Of a stretch of 61,938 nucleotides of DNA, positions 55,983 through 61,938 are shown piece after piece. Origin of the DNA: an uncultured Planctomycetia bacterium (GTDB lineage: Bacteria > Omnitrophota > Gorgyraeia > Duberdicusellales > 4484-171); the NCBI GenBank assembly GCA_964629655.1, contig CAZVQU010000003.1, forward strand, positions 83,613 through 145,550, read 5' to 3'. Below the pieces are notes generated by a model, which saw only the letters and a program-made list of their open reading frames with translations, was not told where the DNA came from and made no database searches. Every line of letters begins with the position of its first letter. Position 1 is the stretch's first letter. The translations under genes were made by a program, and so were the position numbers.

Positions 55983-56632
55983 AAAAAGGGGTAATTCTTT
56001 TATCTGGCGGTATTGATTCAGCAGTTACCCTTTATCTTGCTAAGAATAAGGGATATCGGTTAACTGCGCTGATCTTTGACTATAGTCAACGGCATAAAAA
56101 AGAGATCGAGCGTGCTAAGGGAATCGCAGGTTTAAACAAGATTGATTACCGTATCGTAAAGTGCGATTTGTCTTGGGTAAGGTCATCGCTTACCGAGGAG
56201 AGGCTAAAAGTTCCTTCCCGAAGGAATTTAAAAGGCAAGGATATACCACTTACTTATGTTTCTGGAAGGAATATAATTTTCTTAAGTTATGCCGCTTCAC
56301 TGGCTGAGAGTATTAAGGCAAAGGCAATATTTATCGGAGCCCATACACAGGATTATTCGGGTTACCCGGATTGCCGGCCGGATTTTTTAAATAGTTTCCA
56401 GAGAGCGCTTGATTTAGGATTAAAGGAGAAGGGGGTAAGGATAGTTGCCCCTTTACTTAATAAGAAGAAGAGAGATATAATACGTATCGGCATAAGGCTT
56501 GGGGTACCATTTGAACATACTTGGTCTTGCTACCAAGGAGGAGGGGTCCCTTGCCTTAGATGTGACAGCTGCCGTTTTCGCACAGCAGCTTTTTTAGAGT
56601 TAGGATTGAGAGACCCTCTTTTAAAAAAATGA
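55961..56632 (+). CDS. queC: 7-cyano-7-deazaguanine synthase
   Basis: 'LLSGGIDS' PP-loop and a C-terminal 'SCYQGGGVPCLRCDSCRFR' zinc motif. The GTG start is uncertain. Confidence 0.85.
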   Translation: MCSVSGVKKGVILLSGGIDSAVTLYLAKNKGYRLTALIFDYSQRHKKEIERAKGIAGLNKIDYRIVKCDLSWVRSSLTEERLKVPSRRNLKGKDIPLTYVSGRNIIFLSYAASLAESIKAKAIFIGAHTQDYSGYPDCRPDFLNSFQRALDLGLKEKGVRIVAPLLNKKKRDIIRIGIRLGVPFEHTWSCYQGGGVPCLRCDSCRFRTAAFLELGLRDPLLKK

Positions 56633-57294
56633 ACGGACAAATAACAGAAGTTTTCAAGAGTATTCAGGGTGAAGGGCTATATCAGGGGTTAGGCCAGGTG
56701 TTTGTAAGGTTTTTTGGTTGTAATCTAAAGTGTAATTTTTGCGATACAAAACTCGATTATTGTGATAAAAAAACTGTCTCTGAATTAGTTGAAGATATTA
56801 ATTCGTTTGATGATTATCATTCCTTGTCGATAACTGGTGGAGAACCGTTAGTGCAGATAGAGTTTTTAAAGGACTTATTGAAACTCATAAAGAAACAAAA
56901 ACAGAAAGTTTATTTAGAGACTAACGGCACCCTACCCGAAAATTTAAGTGAGGTGATTGATTACACTGATATAATTGCTATGGATTTTAAATTGCCGTCA
57001 TCTACTGGTTTAGAGCCATTTTGGAATCAACACCAAGAGTTTTTGGGGATTGCTCAAGGAAAGGAGACTTTCATAAAGGCAGTTATCGGTACTACAACGA
57101 TAGTTGAAGATATCTACAGGACGATAGAAATAATCAGGGATGTAGCAGAGAAAACAACTTTAGTATTGCAACCTCAAAACCCACTTGAGATTATGATAAA
57201 GGCAAAGCTAGAGGGTTTTGAGCAACTATGTCGCCAAGAGGGTCTTGAAGTTAAGGTAATACCGCAAATGCATAAAAGGTCAGGTTTAAAATGA
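56629..57294 (+). CDS. queE: 7-carboxy-7-deazaguanine synthase (radical SAM)
   Basis: 'IQGEG...G....FVRFFGCNLKCNFCDT'. Confidence 0.8.
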   Translation: MNGQITEVFKSIQGEGLYQGLGQVFVRFFGCNLKCNFCDTKLDYCDKKTVSELVEDINSFDDYHSLSITGGEPLVQIEFLKDLLKLIKKQKQKVYLETNGTLPENLSEVIDYTDIIAMDFKLPSSTGLEPFWNQHQEFLGIAQGKETFIKAVIGTTTIVEDIYRTIEIIRDVAEKTTLVLQPQNPLEIMIKAKLEGFEQLCRQEGLEVKVIPQMHKRSGLK

Positions 57295-58130
57295 ACATAG
57301 TAAAGACCAAAAAAGAAGTATATAGAGCAGTTGCTAAAGCAAGTTTCAAATTAAGGGCCGATGTAACAAAACTTCTTAAACTGGGTTTGCGAAGCGAAAA
57401 GAAACAAGAAGCGAAACAAGCATGGAAGTGGATTTTAGAGAATGCTCGCATTGCTCAAGCCCAAGGAATAGCAATTTGTCAGGATACCGGCTTGCCAGTA
57501 GTATTTATTGAAGCCGGAGGAGATATCAAAGTTTCTGCTTCCCTAATTGAGGCGATAGAAGTTGCTGTTGCCCAAGGGTATAGGAATAATTATTTGCGAC
57601 CTTCTGTGGTCGATCCGTTACTAAGAGGGAAATCATCGCATCAAGGGATGATTTATCATCTTGATTTTTGCCCAAGGCAAAAGGGTTTGAGGATTACTAT
57701 TTTTCCCAAGGGTTTTGGTAGTGAGAATAAATCTGCCCTTAAAATGTTTAATCCAACAGCAAACCTTAAGCAGATAGAGGACTTTATTGTTGAGAGTGTA
57801 AAATTAGCTGGTCCAGAGAGCTGTCCGCCTTTTGTTGTTGGAGTGGGGATTGGTGGTACTTCTGATAGAGCATTATTATTAGCAAAGAAAGCGCTATTGG
57901 AACGAGTTGATAGGCCGAATCGAGATAAAACTTTAAATAAGTTAGAGAAAAGGTTGCTTAAGCGGATTAATGCTTTGGGCATTGGTCCTATGGGTTTGGG
58001 TGGAAAATGCACTGCCTTGGCAGTAAAGATAAAAAAGCTACCGACACACATTGCTGGTTTACCGGTAGGGGTTAATATAAGCTGTCATGCCTTAAGAAGC
58101 GCTGCTGTAAAGATAAAAGCAAAAGGATAA
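57291..58130 (+). CDS. Fe-S hydro-lyase alpha subunit (class I fumarate hydratase / tartrate dehydratase type)
   Basis: 'ICQDTGLPVVFIE' and 'GVGIGGTSD'. Confidence 0.75.
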   Translation: MNIVKTKKEVYRAVAKASFKLRADVTKLLKLGLRSEKKQEAKQAWKWILENARIAQAQGIAICQDTGLPVVFIEAGGDIKVSASLIEAIEVAVAQGYRNNYLRPSVVDPLLRGKSSHQGMIYHLDFCPRQKGLRITIFPKGFGSENKSALKMFNPTANLKQIEDFIVESVKLAGPESCPPFVVGVGIGGTSDRALLLAKKALLERVDRPNRDKTLNKLEKRLLKRINALGIGPMGLGGKCTALAVKIKKLPTHIAGLPVGVNISCHALRSAAVKIKAKG

Positions 58131-58138
58131 AAGGAAAA

Positions 58139-58669
58139 GTGAAAGAAGTCAAAACAGATCTTACTAAACAGATTATTGAAAGTCTAAAAGCCGGGGAAGG
58201 AGTTCTGTTTTCGGGAGTAATTTATACTGCCAGGGATCAAGCCCATAAGAGACTGGTTGAGCTGATAAATAATAAAAAGAGATTACCGCTAAAGCTAAAG
58301 GGTCAGATTATCTACTACTGCGGTCCCAGCGCAACTCCTAGAGGTAGAGCTATTGGCTCTTGTGGTCCAACGACTTCTTCACGCATGGATGAGTTTGTCG
58401 GGTCACTTTTAGGCTTCGGTCTCATAGCAATGATTGGTAAAGGCAGGCGAAGTAAAAAGGTTAGAGATTTAATTAAAAAGTTTAAGGCGATTTATTTCAT
58501 TGCTCCGGCTGGGTGTGGAGCATTATTAGCTAGGAGGGTTGTGAGTAAAAAGTTGGTTTGCTTTAAAGAGTTAGGGCCGGAAGCGGTATATCGATTAGAG
58601 GTTAAAGATTTCCCCTTAATTGTTGGAATTGATGCAAGTGGCCGAGATATTTATAAGCATCTAGACTAG
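58139..58669 (+). CDS. Fe-S hydro-lyase beta subunit (fumarate hydratase C-terminal domain)
   Basis: 'GVIYTARDQAHKRL', 'YYCGPS' and 'IGKGRRS'. It sits adjacent to the alpha subunit. Confidence 0.75.
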   Translation: MKEVKTDLTKQIIESLKAGEGVLFSGVIYTARDQAHKRLVELINNKKRLPLKLKGQIIYYCGPSATPRGRAIGSCGPTTSSRMDEFVGSLLGFGLIAMIGKGRRSKKVRDLIKKFKAIYFIAPAGCGALLARRVVSKKLVCFKELGPEAVYRLEVKDFPLIVGIDASGRDIYKHLD

Positions 58670-58698
58670 GTGTGTTTTAATCAAGAAGGAGAATTCAA

Positions 58699-59421
58699 AT
58701 GGAGCGTGATGGCAAGAGGCAGAATGATCAAATAAGACGGCTCAATATAGAGAGAGGATTTATAAAATATGCTGAGGGTTCTTGCCTCGTTGAATTAGGC
58801 AATACCAAGGTTATTTGCACAGCTACTGCTGATAAGAATGTTCCTCATTTTTTACGTAATTCCGGAGAAGGCTGGATTACTGCTGAGTACAGAATGCTTC
58901 CTCGGGCTACCCATACTCGGACTTCACGCGATAGGATATCGGGAAGAAACATGGAAATTCAAAGGCTTATCGGCCGTTCCTTGCGTAGCGTAGTAGACTT
59001 AAAAAGAATTGGCGAAAGAACGATTTGGATTGATTGTGATGTTATCCAAGCTAATGGCGGGACAAGAACTGCATCAGTTATTGGAGGGTTCATGGCTGTA
59101 GTTGATTGTCTTTATAAGCTCTATAAGCAAGATTTAATTAAGGAGGTCTGCGTAAGTAGCCTTCTCGGAGCAATAAGTGTGGGTTTGTATCAAGGTGAGC
59201 ATATTTTGGATTTGACCTACCTTGAAGATTCACAGGCTGATGTAGACATGAATGTTGTTATGAAGCCTTCAGGTGAGTTTATTGAAATACAGGGAACAGC
59301 TGAGAATGGGTCCTTTTCAGAGGGAGACCTAAGCACTTTCCTTAAACTAGCCAAAAAAGGCATAGGTGAGGTAATCGAGATCGAAAGAGGGCTGCTTAAA
59401 AATATCCTTCCCGGGCTATGA
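58699..59421 (+). CDS. rph: ribonuclease PH
   Basis: 'AEGSCLVELGNTKVICTA', 'GRNMEIQRLIGRSLR' and 'CDVIQANGGTRTAS'. Confidence 0.9.
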   Translation: MERDGKRQNDQIRRLNIERGFIKYAEGSCLVELGNTKVICTATADKNVPHFLRNSGEGWITAEYRMLPRATHTRTSRDRISGRNMEIQRLIGRSLRSVVDLKRIGERTIWIDCDVIQANGGTRTASVIGGFMAVVDCLYKLYKQDLIKEVCVSSLLGAISVGLYQGEHILDLTYLEDSQADVDMNVVMKPSGEFIEIQGTAENGSFSEGDLSTFLKLAKKGIGEVIEIERGLLKNILPGL

Positions 59422-60005
59422 AATTAATAGTTGCCACAAAAAATAGAGATAAATTTAAAGAGATAAAAAGCATTTTAAAGGGCTCAGGTGCTTCAGTAGT
59501 GTCCTTAAACCATCTTGAGCGGAAATTTCGTATAGTAGAGAACGGTAAAACTTTTCAGGAGAATGCTTTAAAAAAAGCTCTGCCAGTGTCCCGGTACTAT
59601 AAGGATAGTTATGTCCTGGGAGAAGATTCTGGTTTGGAAGTTGACTATCTCAACGCTGCACCGGGGATTTATGCTAAACGATATTCCGGCCCAAAAGCAA
59701 CCTATAAGTCGAATAACAACAAGTTGCTTAAAAACCTGAAAGGAGTTCCTGCTAAAAAACGTCGGGCTGCTTTTCGTTGTTGCTTGGTTTTAGTTTGTGA
59801 TGGAAAACTAGTTAAGGTATTTGAAGGCAAATTAAGGGGGATAATTTCCGATCAGGCAAGAGGTGAAAATGGTTTTGGCTATGACCCAGTATTTTATCTT
59901 ACCCACTACAGAAAGACTGTAGCCGAGCTACCGTTATCTATAAAGAATGAGATTAGCCATAGGTCAAAAGCCTTTAAAAAACTAAGAAGATATTTAAAAA
60001 GTTAA
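59418..60005 (+). CDS. rdgB: XTP/dITP diphosphatase (non-canonical purine NTP pyrophosphatase)
   Basis: 'ATKNRDKFKE', 'EDSGLEVD', 'GFGYDPVF' and 'SHRSKAF'. Confidence 0.85.
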   Translation: MKLIVATKNRDKFKEIKSILKGSGASVVSLNHLERKFRIVENGKTFQENALKKALPVSRYYKDSYVLGEDSGLEVDYLNAAPGIYAKRYSGPKATYKSNNNKLLKNLKGVPAKKRRAAFRCCLVLVCDGKLVKVFEGKLRGIISDQARGENGFGYDPVFYLTHYRKTVAELPLSIKNEISHRSKAFKKLRRYLKS

Positions 60006-60104
60006 CATCGCAGGCGAATATTAAAATATTTGACATTTCTGCCTTTTTCCATTATTTTAGATGTAATATCAAATAGCAGGCGAACCTTAATTAAGGGGTG
60101 AGTT

Positions 60105-60755
60105 ATGAGATTTCTAAAGAGAATAAAAGAGGATATTAAAACAGTTTTCCGAGAAGATCCGGCAGCAAAAAGTGTGGTTGAAGTCGTCCTTTGCTACTCA
60201 GGATTGCATGCTATTTGGTGGCATCGTCTTTCGTCTTGGTTTTGGGTAAAAGGCCTTAAGACTTTTGCCCGATTTCTTTCGCAAGTTGGCCGATTTTTTA
60301 CCGGAGTTGAGATTCATCCCGGAGCCAAAATCGGTAAAAGATTTTTTATTGACCATGGCATGGGCGTAGTTATTGGTGAGACTGCTGAGATTAGTGATGA
60401 TGTTTTGATATATCAGGGAGTAGTTTTAGGAGGAGTTTCTTTGGAAAAAGCCAAGCGCCACCCTACTATCGGTAAAAGAGTAGTCATTGGCGCCGGAGCT
60501 ATTCTTCTTGGCCCGATAAAAATAGGCAGTGGTGCAAGAATTGGCGCTGGTTCAGTAGTGGTAAAGGATGTTCCTGACAATGCTACTGCAGTCGGTGTGC
60601 CAGGAAGGGTAATTCTTCCTCTGGCACACAAAAGAATAAGCGGAGTTGATTTAGACCACAATAAACTTCCCGATCCCGTCATTGAGGTCTTACACCGCCT
60701 AGAGCAGCGAATAGAGGAGTTAGAAGCCAAATACAAAGAAAGATGCGAGTCTTAG
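60105..60755 (+). CDS. cysE: serine O-acetyltransferase
   Basis: '[21 protein letters not shown]', '[27 protein letters not shown]' and hexapeptide repeats. Confidence 0.85.
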   Translation: MRFLKRIKEDIKTVFREDPAAKSVVEVVLCYSGLHAIWWHRLSSWFWVKGLKTFARFLSQVGRFFTGVEIHPGAKIGKRFFIDHGMGVVIGETAEISDDVLIYQGVVLGGVSLEKAKRHPTIGKRVVIGAGAILLGPIKIGSGARIGAGSVVVKDVPDNATAVGVPGRVILPLAHKRISGVDLDHNKLPDPVIEVLHRLEQRIEELEAKYKERCES

Positions 60756-61654
60756 TAACCGGCGGTGCCGGATTCATAGGTTCTAATATCGTTAGAATGC
60801 TCGAGGAGCGGCAGATCGAGACTGTTATTCTTGATGACTTTTCCCACGCTAGTTACAAGAATTTACTCGACGCAAGCGGTGAGGTTATTTGCGGCGATAT
60901 CTTAGATGAGGCTCTCTATAAAAAGCTACCAAAAGTAGATGCTGTAATCCATGAAGCAGCCATTACTGATACTACTTTAACTGATGACACTAAGATGATG
61001 ATGGTTAACTACAAAGGATTTAAGAATGTATTAAACTTTTGTTTAGATAGAAAAGTAAGATTGGTCTACGCGTCTAGTGCGGGAGTTTATGGAAACGGAA
61101 CTTTGGCGATGCGAGAGGATGCTGAAATAATTCCGCATAATACCTATGCTTACTCTAAACATCAGTGCGATTGTTTAATGAATAAAGTTACCAAAAAATC
61201 TTCAACGCCAACCATTGTCGGGTTGCGCTACTTTAATGTTTATGGTCATGGTGAATATCATAAAGGCTTAAGCGCAAGCATGGTTTATCAACTTTATTTG
61301 CAGATGAAAGAAGGCAAGCGACCACGTATTTTCAAATTTGGCGAACAAAAAAGAGATTTCATATACGTTAAAGATGTGGCCAGGATAACCATAGAAGCTC
61401 TAAATTCAAGAAAAAGTTCAGTTCTTAATGTCGGAACAGGTACTCCTCGTAGCTTCAATGATATAGTTACAAATCTGAATAAAACAATGGGATTATCTTT
61501 AAAACCTGATTATTTTGATAATCCTTACGCCGGGAAATATCAAGATTATACTGAAGCTGACATAACCCTCTCAAAAGAGGTTCTAGGCACCCAGGCTCAA
61601 TTCTCTTTGGAGGCTGGGATTGAGGACTATTTAAAAGGGCATCTTTTGAGGTAG
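60743..61654 (+). CDS. hldD: ADP-glyceromanno-heptose 6-epimerase-like NAD-dependent epimerase
   Basis: '[13 protein letters not shown]', 'YAYSKHQCD' and '[15 protein letters not shown]' (HldD-like). Confidence 0.7.
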   Translation: MRVLVTGGAGFIGSNIVRMLEERQIETVILDDFSHASYKNLLDASGEVICGDILDEALYKKLPKVDAVIHEAAITDTTLTDDTKMMMVNYKGFKNVLNFCLDRKVRLVYASSAGVYGNGTLAMREDAEIIPHNTYAYSKHQCDCLMNKVTKKSSTPTIVGLRYFNVYGHGEYHKGLSASMVYQLYLQMKEGKRPRIFKFGEQKRDFIYVKDVARITIEALNSRKSSVLNVGTGTPRSFNDIVTNLNKTMGLSLKPDYFDNPYAGKYQDYTEADITLSKEVLGTQAQFSLEAGIEDYLKGHLLR

Positions 61655-61691
61655 GAAGTAGCTATTTTATTAAAATTCTTTAAAAAAATAC

Positions 61692-61719
61692 TTGACAAAA
61701 ATAAGCATTAGTGTATAAA
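61692..61719 (+). promoter_or_regulatory. strong sigma70-like promoter upstream of the 16S rRNA gene
   Basis: TTGACA (61692-61697), 16-nt spacer, TATAAA (61714-61719), preceded by an A/T-rich UP-like stretch. Confidence 0.6.
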
Positions 61720-61800
61720 AGATACGTTGATACGGTGATTTCGGAATGGGAAAAACCTCATCGTTTGAAAAGTAAATAAAAATTAAATTTAGATCTAGGG

Positions 61801-61829
61801 AAAGGCATCCTTTAGGGATGCTTTTTTTC
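61801..61829 (+). terminator. intrinsic-terminator-like hairpin with a U-tract
   Basis: gcatcc-tttag-ggatgc (61805-61821) followed by TTTTTTT (61822-61828). It lies between the promoter and the 16S 5' end. Confidence 0.55.
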
Positions 61830-61887
61830 TTGCGGTGTATGCTTTATACCGCACATTGTTCTCTGAAAAGAAGTAAGGTTATAAAAG

Positions 61888-61938
<51 letters not shown>

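Overview
The window comes from an AT-rich bacterial chromosome and has two parts. All family calls rest on motif recognition by eye; no searches were run.

**Accessory island (1 to ~11,013).**
- A 5'-truncated HerA-like ATPase is followed by a KTSC-domain protein and a Cas4-like Fe-S PD-(D/E)XK nuclease.
- A four-gene module follows: HigB toxin, a HigA antitoxin fused to an ImmA/IrrE HEXXH protease, a Beta-family (sce7725-like) protein, and a convergent sce7726/MmcB-like PD-(D/E)XK protein. It is flanked by two ~80-bp direct repeats and has a G12 tract next to its promoter.
- A ~62% G+C non-coding patch comes next.
- A 4.9-kb segment is bounded by perfect 176-bp inverted repeats. It holds a promoter, a MerR/Xis-like HTH gene, four uncharacterised cargo genes and a large serine recombinase. 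Each repeat copy carries the miaB 5' leader plus miaB codons 1-21, so the left copy is a decoy start.

**Housekeeping block (11,014 to end).** It is almost entirely on the + strand and includes:
- miaB, miaA, hflX and hpf;
- CIRCE-hrcA-grpE-dnaK-dnaJ;
- accD, two GGDEF proteins, pgi, pta-ackA, panD, def and trxB;
- tRNA-Glu(CTC), hisFI, trpE, rpsP, yajC-secDF and a short mfd;
- pdxA, rsmA, a cation-homeostasis cluster, glgC, mgtE, amidase and murI;
- queDCE, class I fumarase, rph, rdgB, cysE, hldD and the first ~50 nt of a 16S rRNA gene.

**Best candidates for something undescribed.**
- The inverted-repeat/serine-recombinase element with its cargo.
- The HigB / HigA-ImmA / Beta / sce7726 module.
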